Both the position numbers and the translations under genes were made by a program. The notes beneath the pieces were generated by a model. The model ran no database searches. It was not told the DNA's origin and was given only the letters and a program-made list of their open reading frames with translations. A stretch of 64,000 nt of DNA from NCBI GenBank assembly GCA_963714015.1, contig OY970223.1, forward strand, positions 832,001-896,000. The letters are read 5' to 3'. Numbering within the stretch: the stretch's first letter is position 1; the number at the start of each line of letters is the position of its first letter. Positions 27,804-36,279 of this stretch are shown one piece after another. The DNA comes from Vulcanimicrobiota bacterium (GTDB lineage: Bacteria; Vulcanimicrobiota; Vulcanimicrobiia; Vulcanimicrobiales; Vulcanimicrobiaceae).

Positions 27804-29195
27804 ATGACCATTTATCGATTCGGCCCATTCCGGCTCGAGAAGGAGCCGTTGCTCCTGCGGGTCGGCGAAAGCACCCTGCCGCTGGGTCCCAAGGTCGTCG
27901 AAACATTGCTCGCGCTCATCGAACGTCCCGGCCAGGTCCTCTCCAAAGCGGACCTGCTGGCGCGAGTATGGCCCGAGGGGTACGTCGAGGAAGCGAACCT
28001 CGCGCAGAATATCTACGTCATTCGCAAGGCGCTGCGTTCGCACTGGGGTCAGTGTCCGATCGAAACCGTTCCGAGGCGCGGTTACCGTTTCTCGGCCCCG
28101 GTTACCACCGGCGACCTGGCCGCCCCGGCGCCGCGCAATCGCAGCCGGCTCTGGATGGGCGCCGGCGCAGCCGCGGTCTTTGCGTTGGCGGTCGCAGCGG
28201 GAAGCATCGGCGTGGCAAACTCTCGCGCATCTACGACCGCCAGCTTGTCCGAACCGGGCGCGCGGCTGTACTCCATGGGCAAGTTCTATTGGAATCAGCG
28301 CACAGCTTCTAGCGTCGTCAAGAGCGTTCGGTACTTCCAGGAAGTGATTCAAAGCGATCCTCATGACGCTCTCGGCTATGCGGGACTGGCGTCGGCATAT
28401 GCCATCGAGGGCGACTATCATTTCGGACCGCTGTCGAAGCCCCAAGCGTTTGCCCTCGCGTCCGATTACGCGCGCAAGGCGCTGAGCATCGACCCGCGGT
28501 CGGCCGAAGCGATGGCGGACATCGGTTTGGCGCAAGTGGACGCGGGCCACGAATCTGCCGGAGAGCTGTGGTTCCGGCGTGCCATTGCCGCCAACAACAG
28601 CTACGCGCCGGCGCATCAGTGGTACGGGATGTCGCTGCTGCAGCGCGGCAACGGCGCGGCCGCTTACCGGGAACTGCAGCGAGCCGCGAACTTGGATCCG
28701 GAGTCCGTTGCAGCGACGGACTGGCTCTCGCAAGCTGCTTACTTGTCACGACGCTATCGCGATGCCGTCAGCTACGCGCGTCAGACCCTGGATCTTTCAT
28801 CGCAGCGGTACGACGCTTACGGCACGATGGGGATGGCCTACGAGGCGCTCGGCGATTACCATAAAGCAATCGTTTCGTACGAAATCTTCGCGCGCAGTTG
28901 CGCCGCGTGTCAAGGCGAAGCGGCGGCACTGATGGCCCACGCGTACGCGGCGATTCACGATGATTCGGCGGCTGAAGCAGAGCTCAGCAAAGCTCGCGCT
29001 GCGATGGCCATGCAGATGGTCGATCCCGAGGACCTCGTCACGGCGCTGGTGGCGATGGGACGGCGCACCGAAGCGCTCAAGATGCTCGAAGACCATAAGC
29101 GGGCGCTCTTTCCCGGAGCGCTTGCGATCGATCCGCGAATGGATCCCGTACGGGACGACAAGCGTTTCCGCCTCTTCATCAAGGGTCCGGGCTAA
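27804..29195 (+). CDS. CadC/ToxR-like regulator: OmpR-type wHTH, TM helix, TPR array
   Basis: YRFGPFRL...LSKADLLARVWP..VEEANLAQNIYVIRKAL..IETVPRRGYRF; hydrophobic LWMGAGAAAVFALAVAAGSIGV; several TPR repeats. Confidence 0.92.
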   Translation: MTIYRFGPFRLEKEPLLLRVGESTLPLGPKVVETLLALIERPGQVLSKADLLARVWPEGYVEEANLAQNIYVIRKALRSHWGQCPIETVPRRGYRFSAPVTTGDLAAPAPRNRSRLWMGAGAAAVFALAVAAGSIGVANSRASTTASLSEPGARLYSMGKFYWNQRTASSVVKSVRYFQEVIQSDPHDALGYAGLASAYAIEGDYHFGPLSKPQAFALASDYARKALSIDPRSAEAMADIGLAQVDAGHESAGELWFRRAIAANNSYAPAHQWYGMSLLQRGNGAAAYRELQRAANLDPESVAATDWLSQAAYLSRRYRDAVSYARQTLDLSSQRYDAYGTMGMAYEALGDYHKAIVSYEIFARSCAACQGEAAALMAHAYAAIHDDSAAEAELSKARAAMAMQMVDPEDLVTALVAMGRRTEALKMLEDHKRALFPGALAIDPRMDPVRDDKRFRLFIKGPG

Positions 29196-29207
29196 GCGCT
29201 CGAATTC

Positions 29208-29660
29208 GTGACGGCGCGCTACTTGCAGGCCGCGCTCTCGGCACGGCCGCAGATCGCCGCTAGTCTGGAGCAGCATGAGCGTGCCGTAATGGAGACCGGC
29301 GACGTGCATCCCGTCACCAAGGAACTCTGCGCCGCCCTTTGTGCCGCCGTAAACTTTTGCACGCCGCTGTTGGTGGAGCACCGCGCGCGAGCGCGCGAAA
29401 TGGGCGTCAGCGTTGCGAAGTTGAACGATCTTTGGGAATTTGCGCGCAGCGCCGAGTACTCGAAGGAGGAACGCGCCGCCCTCGCAGCGGCGGTGGCGCT
29501 TTCGCGAGAACCTCGCGCGCTGCCGGCGGTCGTGTGGGAACAGTTGTGCGATGCGTACGACGAACCTTCGATTAGCGAGATTCTCTGCGTTATCGGCTGC
29601 GTCAATTACACTGCCCGGCTCGTGAACGCACTCGACAGCAAGCCGCGCGAACCGTCATGA
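29208..29660 (+). CDS. Carboxymuconolactone decarboxylase / AhpD-like protein
   Basis: KELCA...VNFCTPLLVEH; YSKEERAALA; EILCVIGCVNYTARL. Confidence 0.85.
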   Translation: MTARYLQAALSARPQIAASLEQHERAVMETGDVHPVTKELCAALCAAVNFCTPLLVEHRARAREMGVSVAKLNDLWEFARSAEYSKEERAALAAAVALSREPRALPAVVWEQLCDAYDEPSISEILCVIGCVNYTARLVNALDSKPREPS

Positions 29661-31088
29661 CGAAGCGGTAGCGCTCACCTGCGCCAGAACGCGCTCGGTT
29701 TTGATCATACGCGTGCCGGAGAATCGGTCTTGCAGGTACACGCGCGAGAAGGGGCTGAGCGGAATAATCAGCCACCACAGAAAAAATACGATCGTGTAAC
29801 GCCACAGACTCTGCAGAACGCGCGGCTGGCCGTATTCAACTGTGACGATGCGCGTACCGCCGATCATCATGCCTGCCGTCTGTCCGGTCAGGCCCACCAG
29901 CAATCCGAAGTACAGACACATCCAGATCGGAAGCATTGCCCCGGTGGCCTGCTCGCGGAAATCTGCCCACGTTAGGCCGCTGCTTCCGATAGAGAGGCCG
30001 TCGGTACGAACGGAAACGGAACCGATTCTAAATATCTCGTCCGAGCTCGTAACCGCCGCGTCGGCTTGCGGATGAAGCCCTTTGACGGTGATCCCCGGTT
30101 TATTCTTGACCGGCCCGGGCGTGACGCTGGTCGAGACGCCCGATGCGCCGGCCAGCGTCTGCACGACGGCGGTAACGACGATAAAGTCTATGACCACTGC
30201 CATACAGCGCCGCCACCAGCCGGCGCAGTCGCGCTTTGCCACGCGTTCTCCCCGCGTGGCCGCGGTTTCCAACGGCAGCTCCCGGCTCTCTTCGACGAAT
30301 CTCTGCTCGTGCGTGCGGTAGAGCTGCGAAGCGAAGAAATCACGCATCGCATCGATCCGTTTGGTCGCGTACGGCGTCGCCCCAAGCCACTCGCCCAGCC
30401 GCAGCACCGAATCGCTGCGGATCTCGCGAGACTGCTCCGCGAAGAGTCCCGGATCGACTTTGCGTCCGAATCCGTGAAACGATGCGATGACGATCGCCCG
30501 CATCGCTGCATCGAGCGAGCCGCAACAGAGCAGTCCCACGCGATCGCACGTCAGTTCCGTCTTGCGCAGCCACGCACCGAAGATCAGCGAGACGATGACG
30601 TTTTCGTTACCGTTCACGCTGAGCAGCGAGGTAAAGCGCGTATGCCCCGAGGCGATATGCCCGAGCTCGCGGCCGATCATGAATGTGAGCTCGTCATCCT
30701 TGAAGTGCTCGATCCAGTTGCTCGAAATCACGATCGAATAGGGATCTCCCAATCCCACGGTCAGGATCGGTACCTGCGGATCGTCGCGCACGAACACGAG
30801 CGGCATGGGTAAGCCGAGGGCGGCGGCGCAGCGCTTCGTAATCGAGAAAACGCGCGGATACTGCGCTTCGTGGATGCGCACGCTGCTTCCGACTAGGCGC
30901 CCGCGCGCGAGGGTGACGTAAATCATGGCGACGACGAGCAGTACGGCGATCTGCGATGGATGGACGTCTTCACGCAATACGAAGCCGATAAGAGCGGCTG
31001 CGGGCAGCGAGAAGAGCAGCGTCATCCAAAATGCGATATGCTCGCCGCGGTACGTGAGTGAAAGCGGGCCCTTGAAGAAATCGCGCAT
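29655..31088 (-). CDS. M48 (HtpX/Ste24-like) peptidase-fold protein fused to an RDD domain; HExxH altered
   Basis: ELTFMIGRELGHIASGH; WLRKTELTCDRVGL; C-terminal AGWWRRCMAVVID...GQTAG...LQDRFSGT (RDD). Confidence 0.85.
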   Translation of the reverse strand: MRDFFKGPLSLTYRGEHIAFWMTLLFSLPAAALIGFVLREDVHPSQIAVLLVVAMIYVTLARGRLVGSSVRIHEAQYPRVFSITKRCAAALGLPMPLVFVRDDPQVPILTVGLGDPYSIVISSNWIEHFKDDELTFMIGRELGHIASGHTRFTSLLSVNGNENVIVSLIFGAWLRKTELTCDRVGLLCCGSLDAAMRAIVIASFHGFGRKVDPGLFAEQSREIRSDSVLRLGEWLGATPYATKRIDAMRDFFASQLYRTHEQRFVEESRELPLETAATRGERVAKRDCAGWWRRCMAVVIDFIVVTAVVQTLAGASGVSTSVTPGPVKNKPGITVKGLHPQADAAVTSSDEIFRIGSVSVRTDGLSIGSSGLTWADFREQATGAMLPIWMCLYFGLLVGLTGQTAGMMIGGTRIVTVEYGQPRVLQSLWRYTIVFFLWWLIIPLSPFSRVYLQDRFSGTRMIKTERVLAQVSATASS

Positions 31089-31092
31089 CTGC

Positions 31093-32382
31093 TCAGGAAG
31101 CTCTATCCGCCGCTGCGGCGGGTTCTCGTTCTCGGCGAGTTGCGCGCAGCACCAACGGCGTCACCGCTATTAGCGTCAGGGCTACGGCGGCGTAACCGGC
31201 CGTGTAGCCGTACCACACGCCGTCCAAGCCGTAGCGCGCCGCCAGAATGCTCGCGCACGGAACGGCGACGAGCCACGCGCCCGCAAGGTTCACGATTGCA
31301 CTCCATGCGCTCTGGCCGTATCCGTCGAGTTCGGCGGCGATGACGTTTCCGATTCCGAGGGCGAACGCACTCCAACCCGCGATGAGCAAGCCCGATCGCG
31401 CCAGCTGCACCGTCTGCGGATCGTCGATGAACGCACTCAACAGCGGAACAGCGAAGAGGTACAGCGCGATGGCCAGGATACCGCCGATCGCAAGGTTCAA
31501 CCCCAGCGCAGTCCGCGTCGATCGGCGGCACGCCGCCGCGGTCGTTGCAAATACGAAGGCCGGAGTGGTGAGAACCGCAATGCCGAACGTCACGAGCGTG
31601 AATGCCGCACCGCCGCGCGCGCCGTAGCTGTTCGCGATACTTACGAGTGCGATCTCCGCAAGTGCCACGGCGAGATATTGAACGCTGCCGGGTAAGTCGA
31701 CGCGAAGCACTTCATTGATCGCCTGCGCACTCGGAAAAAACGATCGCAACGCCACGTCCAGGCGAAACTCCGTACGGTGAGCGTACAGCACGATGGATGC
31801 GCCGATCGTTACGATAAGCGTAGCGGCGAGGGATGAGATCGGAACGGACAACGCTCCGACGTGCAGAAATGCGAGCGAGACGAGATACAGCGCCGTGTAT
31901 GCCGCAGTCAGCGCGGGCGGCGCAACCGGATCGTGCAGGCCGTGCAAGACTGCGAGGTACATTCCGAACGCGAACGTCGCAGGAAGCGAGAGCGCGAGCA
32001 GTTCCGTATAAGGAAGCGCAATGCGAAGTTCGGCGTGCGAGACGTTGACCGCGCGAAGCAGCTCGGGCGCAAACAAAGCCCCCAACGCGCCAAGCACCAT
32101 GCCGGCAAAGATCGAACCCAGCACCGCTTGGGTGACGATCCGATGCAGCCGGTCCGTCTCTCCGGCAGCCTTGGCTCGCGAGACAGCGATCATTACGCCT
32201 GCGGAGCATCCCGAAAACAACGCGTAGCCCGCCGCTGCAAATGTTAGCGGAGCCGCCGCCGCGCCGAGGGCGTCGACGCCCAGGTGGCCCAGTACGAAGA
32301 GCGCGGCCGCATTGCCCCCTAAGAGAAGGGCTTGCGTGCCGAGCAGCGGCAACGAATAAAGTAAGACCTGCCGGAGCACCAT
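31093..32382 (-). CDS. MATE family efflux transporter (divergent)
   Basis: LGHLGVDALGA, ALPYTELL..SLP and LGLDGVW-like YGLDGVWYG; about 12 TM segments. Confidence 0.8.
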   Translation of the reverse strand: MVLRQVLLYSLPLLGTQALLLGGNAAALFVLGHLGVDALGAAAAPLTFAAAGYALFSGCSAGVMIAVSRAKAAGETDRLHRIVTQAVLGSIFAGMVLGALGALFAPELLRAVNVSHAELRIALPYTELLALSLPATFAFGMYLAVLHGLHDPVAPPALTAAYTALYLVSLAFLHVGALSVPISSLAATLIVTIGASIVLYAHRTEFRLDVALRSFFPSAQAINEVLRVDLPGSVQYLAVALAEIALVSIANSYGARGGAAFTLVTFGIAVLTTPAFVFATTAAACRRSTRTALGLNLAIGGILAIALYLFAVPLLSAFIDDPQTVQLARSGLLIAGWSAFALGIGNVIAAELDGYGQSAWSAIVNLAGAWLVAVPCASILAARYGLDGVWYGYTAGYAAVALTLIAVTPLVLRATRREREPAAAADRAS

Positions 32383-32446
32383 GCTCGCCTTTGAGTTGTA
32401 CCGGGGGCCTCTCCTTGCGGCCGTGAGAATTTTTCGCCCAAAGGGC

Positions 32447-32492
32447 TTGACATCACGTACTGATATGCTATTGTACTAGTGTACTAGTACAA
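32447..32492 (+). promoter_or_regulatory. Sigma-70 promoter overlapped by a palindromic YtrA-type operator
   Basis: TTGACA (32447-32452); TGcTATTGT (32466-32474); TTGTACTAGT-gt-ACTAGTACAA (32471-32492). Confidence 0.85.
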
Positions 32493-32534
32493 CAGCAGAT
32501 TGGTACTAGACGCCACCAGAGAGGTTCCACGAAC

Positions 32535-32651
32535 ATGACAATCCGCACCAACCGTCAAGTCCCCACCAGCCTCGGCGAAAACCGCCGTCCCGCCTTCCCG
32601 ATAGACCAGCAGTCCGGCAGCCTGTTCCTCGGCTGGGGCCCGAAGATCTAA
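32535..32651 (+). CDS. Small protein (38 aa) with FxGWGPK motif, peptide B
   Basis: AGAGG SD about 10 nt upstream; MTIRTNRQVPTSLGENRRPAFPIDQQSGSLFLGWGPKI; first ORF after the promoter; below the ORF-track length cutoff. Confidence 0.7.
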   Translation: MTIRTNRQVPTSLGENRRPAFPIDQQSGSLFLGWGPKI

Positions 32652-32665
32652 CCGGTTCAGCCATC

Positions 32666-33064
32666 ATGCCGGCAGTGCTTACGGTCGACCCGCGCAGCGG
32701 TGTTCCGATCTACCTACAAATCATCGAGCAGGTAAAACGTTCGGTAGCGCTCGGGGTCCTAGCGGCCGGAGAGCAACTGCCCACCGTCAAGCAGCTGGCA
32801 CTCGATTTGACCGTCAATCCAAATACCGTCGCCCGAGCGTACCGCGAGCTCGAACGGGACTCGATCATCGAAACCTCGCCGGGTCGCGGCTCCTTCGTCC
32901 GCGGTAACGGCACAGTCGAATCGGCGCACTCCGCTGCAAGCGACGTAACCGCAGAAGCCCTGATGCAATCCGTGCGCGAAGCCCGGTCGATTGGATTGAG
33001 CGCGCCGCATGTGCGAGCACTTTTCGAGTCCGCGCTGGCGCGGTGGTTTTCGGAGGAAAAATGA
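32666..33064 (+). CDS. GntR family regulator, YtrA subfamily
   Basis: PIYLQIIEQVK...GEQLPTVKQLALDLTVNPNTVARAYRELE...PGRGSFV with a short C-terminal domain. Confidence 0.95.
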   Translation: MPAVLTVDPRSGVPIYLQIIEQVKRSVALGVLAAGEQLPTVKQLALDLTVNPNTVARAYRELERDSIIETSPGRGSFVRGNGTVESAHSAASDVTAEALMQSVREARSIGLSAPHVRALFESALARWFSEEK

Positions 33065-33961
33065 GCATCACGATCGATCGCCTTACGAAACGGTACGGCA
33101 AGTTCACCGCGGTCGATGACGTGTCGATCGAGATCCCGAGCGGTTCGGTGTTCGGCTTACTCGGCCCCAACGGGGCGGGCAAGACGACGACCTTCAAATG
33201 CGCGCTCGGCCTTGCGTTTCCGACGTCGGGAATCGTGCTCTTCGACGGCAAGCCCCTTACGCCGCGTACTTTTGAGAATCTAGCTTACGTTCCCGAACGG
33301 AGCGTGCTGTGGGACTGGCTCACCGGGGCCGAGCATCTGGAGATGCAGCGTCTGACCTTTCGCCGCTTCAATGCAAAGCGCGCCGCCGAACTGATGGAGC
33401 TCTTCCAACTCGATCCGCGCAAGCGCGTCTCCAAAATGTCGAAAGGCATGCGCACGGCGCTTTCGGTCGTCATGGCATTCGCTTTGGAACCGGAGCTGCA
33501 TGGTGCTCGACGAGCCGACGAGCGGTTTGGATCCGATCAATCAGCGCTCGGTCCTCAAACTCATCATCGACGCGTCGGCGCAAGGCAGCACGATCGTTTT
33601 GTCGTCGCACCAAATCGGACAGGTGGAACGCGCCGCGGACCATATTGCCGTACTTAAACACGGTAAGGTTGCGCTCGCCGGAGCGGTCGACGATCTGAAG
33701 GCCGATTCAAAGGTAGTCGAAGTCATCTTTGAGTCCGAGGCAATGCCGCTCAACGGATTAGCCGAAGACTCCAGAATCACGCGTCTGGAGCGGACGGGGC
33801 GCATTCTGCGCCTCACGGTCAATGCCGGCAGCGAGTCCATCGCAAAGCAGCTTTCCAGTATGGGCGCACGATCGGTGCGCGTTGTGGACCTCAACCTGGA
33901 GGACATCTTCTTGAACGCCGTCGATCCGGGTTACGCCGCCGACGTCGTGGAGTCACGCTAA
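33061..33961 (+). CDS. ABC exporter ATP-binding protein (one extra base at about 33499)
   Basis: GPNGAGKTT Walker A; MSKGM signature; EPEL/MVLDEPTSGLDP Walker B split across frames; LSSH. Confidence 0.9.
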
Positions 33962-34980
33962 TGTACTACTACGTCGAATACATGCGCGCCAAGCGGGCGA
34001 TGCGCGTGATCGCGATCATTCTTGGCGTCATCGTGGTTGCGCTTGGTATCGGACGCATTTGGATGATGAAGTATCCTTCGCCCGAGTCGTTCGCTGCGAT
34101 GTTCGAGAGCACGTCCGGCGCGCATGTCACGCAGACGACCCTGCCCGGCGGAATGAAAGAAACCGTCGTGAACGATCCGGTCAAGCGGGTGCACACCGTC
34201 ATCGACCGTAAAGGCGATTATCTTCGGATCCAGTTCACGGAACCCGACTCGATCTACGAGCAGCAGCCCCACGACATCTTCTCGCCGGACGACGACCGCC
34301 AAACTGTGTCGGTCAACCACGGAATCGCGCACGGCACCTATTTGGTTCGTCAACACAACACCTTCGACGTGAGCGGCGTCCTGCAGATCTCGATGATCAT
34401 CGCCCTCATTACGGCTACACTGCTCGCGGCGCCGCTAACCAAGGAGAACGACGGCCATCTGGAACTCACATGGACCAAGCCGATCTCGCGAACGGCGTAC
34501 GCATGCGCGTGCGTTGCGGTCGACGCGGCAGCGATCGTCGTTTCTCAAATCTTCACCTTGGTCGTAGCCTTCTGCTGCTACTTGATGTTCGCTTCGCCTG
34601 AAATTCGCCTGACCTCAGTGACCGTCGTGCTGCTCTCGCTGCTCGGTCCTATCGTCTGGTACGCCATGATGACGGCTATCGGCGCAAGCGTCAAGCGCGG
34701 TCCCGGGTTGGTCATCGGGCTTTCGTGGGTCGCGTCGTTCCTCGTCTTCGGAATCGCCAAAGCTTCGGAAGATGCGCAGAGTTCGCTCGGTAGAGTGATC
34801 CATGCGATATCGCAGGGAGTCGCTTACCTCGATCCGCTGGCATACATTACTACGAACAACGGGAATTTCGCCGGCAACGGCGCCGTAACGACCGTTACGG
34901 AAAGCATCGCGGCGCTAATCGTTCTCGCAGTTCTCTACATCGTGTCTGCGGTGCTCCAGTGGCGCCGCGTGGAGGCGTAA
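33961..34980 (+). CDS. ABC exporter permease
   Basis: N-terminal TM, extracytoplasmic domain, KENDGHLELTWTKPISR coupling-helix motif, five further TMs; TAATG-coupled to the ATPase. Confidence 0.85.
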   Translation: MYYYVEYMRAKRAMRVIAIILGVIVVALGIGRIWMMKYPSPESFAAMFESTSGAHVTQTTLPGGMKETVVNDPVKRVHTVIDRKGDYLRIQFTEPDSIYEQQPHDIFSPDDDRQTVSVNHGIAHGTYLVRQHNTFDVSGVLQISMIIALITATLLAAPLTKENDGHLELTWTKPISRTAYACACVAVDAAAIVVSQIFTLVVAFCCYLMFASPEIRLTSVTVVLLSLLGPIVWYAMMTAIGASVKRGPGLVIGLSWVASFLVFGIAKASEDAQSSLGRVIHAISQGVAYLDPLAYITTNNGNFAGNGAVTTVTESIAALIVLAVLYIVSAVLQWRRVEA

Positions 34981-34985
34981 CTCAC

Positions 34986-35147
34986 ATGGAACTCTTTGGT
35001 ACCAACTTCTCGATCACGCTGGGAGCGTGGAAGCTGCGGTTCGTACTGATGCTCGAAGAAACCGATGATTTCAACCGCACAGCATCGACCGCGGCGCGGA
35101 CCCCGCACCACGTGCACGCCTCACAGGATCGTCGCGCTAACGTGTGA
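34986..35147 (+). CDS. Small hypothetical protein (53 aa) closing the GntR-ABC operon
   Basis: GGAGG SD inside the permease end; MELFGTNFSITLGAWKLRFVLMLEETDDF... Confidence 0.55.
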   Translation: MELFGTNFSITLGAWKLRFVLMLEETDDFNRTASTAARTPHHVHASQDRRANV

Positions 35148-36275
35148 AGGGCCGGCGTACGAGAAGCCGTCTTTGGTCACGCTATAAAAGAAGAGGTTCG
35201 GGTCGACCGGATCGCCGGTCGGCGCGAACAGAAAATCGCCGACCAAGGTATTGTAGGTCGTGCCCGGGGTCTGCAGCGCCGAAAGCGTCGAGAGACGGTT
35301 CATCGCGCCGGTCCGCCGCACGGCGGCTATCGCGATCTGCGCGGCGGCGTAACCGAATGCCGAGACGATCGTGATGTTCGACCGCGTGCGAAAGTTCATC
35401 AGCTGCTGGCCGGCGCCCGGAATGCGGTCGAGCGGCGGAAACGACGTCGACACGTACCCGCCCGAAAAGGCTTTCGCGTAGCGCTGCGGCGGGTCCATAT
35501 TATAGAATCCTTCACAGGCGCCGAATTTGCCGCCGTATCCTGCGGCCAGAAGGGCCGGGATCAGCGGTCCGAGCCGGCCGCTTTCGCCGCACAGAAAAAC
35601 GAAGTCTGGCGAACGCGCCATGACCCTCTTTGCTGCCGCGTCAAAATCGGGTTTGTCGCTTGGAAAGACGTACCCGTCGGCATTCAATTTGGAACTATGC
35701 GCTTGATCCGTAAATCCCGTCATGACGTCGCCGCCGTAAACACCATCTTGCGAAACCGCAATGGCCATCTTCGGGTGAAGACGCCCGTTGATGAAGCGCG
35801 CGAAGAGCTCTCCCTCGGTGTAATCTTTGGTCGGCAGACGCCAAACGACGCGATAGCCCCGCTGCGTGATCGCGTCGGCTGTCGTAGCCGGGACGATGAC
35901 CGGCATCCGCGAATTTGCAAATACCGGAAGCGCCTGCGCGATTTGATCGCCGTCGAATCCGGCGATCATCGCCAGCACTGTCGGATCCGATCCGGCGAAT
36001 TGCACGTTGTTGACGAGCTGCGAGTACAAGCCGGCGTTGTCGAAGGTGCGCAGCGAAAACGCGCTATTGAGCATCGGCGCGAACTGATTCGCGAAATCGA
36101 CCGCTATCTGCACGCCGGTGACGAGCTGCTGCCCGAGCGATTGATTTGGTCCTGAAAGCGGAGCATTTACGCCGATGCTGAGCGGCTGCTGAATTCCGCG
36201 GAACTGCGCGAGTGCCCGCGCCGGCTGCAGCGCCGCAGCCGCAACGCCGGACGCCAAAAAGGAACGTCGTTTCAT
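35121..36275 (-). CDS. Branched-chain amino acid ABC-type substrate-binding protein (LivJ/K-like, Tat signal)
   Basis: MKRRSFL twin-arginine motif; IGVNAPLSG; periplasmic binding protein type 1 pattern. Confidence 0.88.
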   Translation of the reverse strand: MKRRSFLASGVAAAALQPARALAQFRGIQQPLSIGVNAPLSGPNQSLGQQLVTGVQIAVDFANQFAPMLNSAFSLRTFDNAGLYSQLVNNVQFAGSDPTVLAMIAGFDGDQIAQALPVFANSRMPVIVPATTADAITQRGYRVVWRLPTKDYTEGELFARFINGRLHPKMAIAVSQDGVYGGDVMTGFTDQAHSSKLNADGYVFPSDKPDFDAAAKRVMARSPDFVFLCGESGRLGPLIPALLAAGYGGKFGACEGFYNMDPPQRYAKAFSGGYVSTSFPPLDRIPGAGQQLMNFRTRSNITIVSAFGYAAAQIAIAAVRRTGAMNRLSTLSALQTPGTTYNTLVGDFLFAPTGDPVDPNLFFYSVTKDGFSYAGPSHVSATIL

Positions 36276-36279
36276 GGCT

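Noticed and set aside
27645..28733. Long antisense ORFs (this one, 49658-50947, 59525-60700, 11806-12843, 24847-25899 and others)
   Set aside because: They overlap confidently identified genes on the other strand, show no motifs, and are expected shadows of GC-rich codon usage.
33495..33503. Programmed ribosomal frameshift in the ABC ATPase
   Set aside because: No slippery heptamer or homopolymer at the site; a single inserted base explains it.
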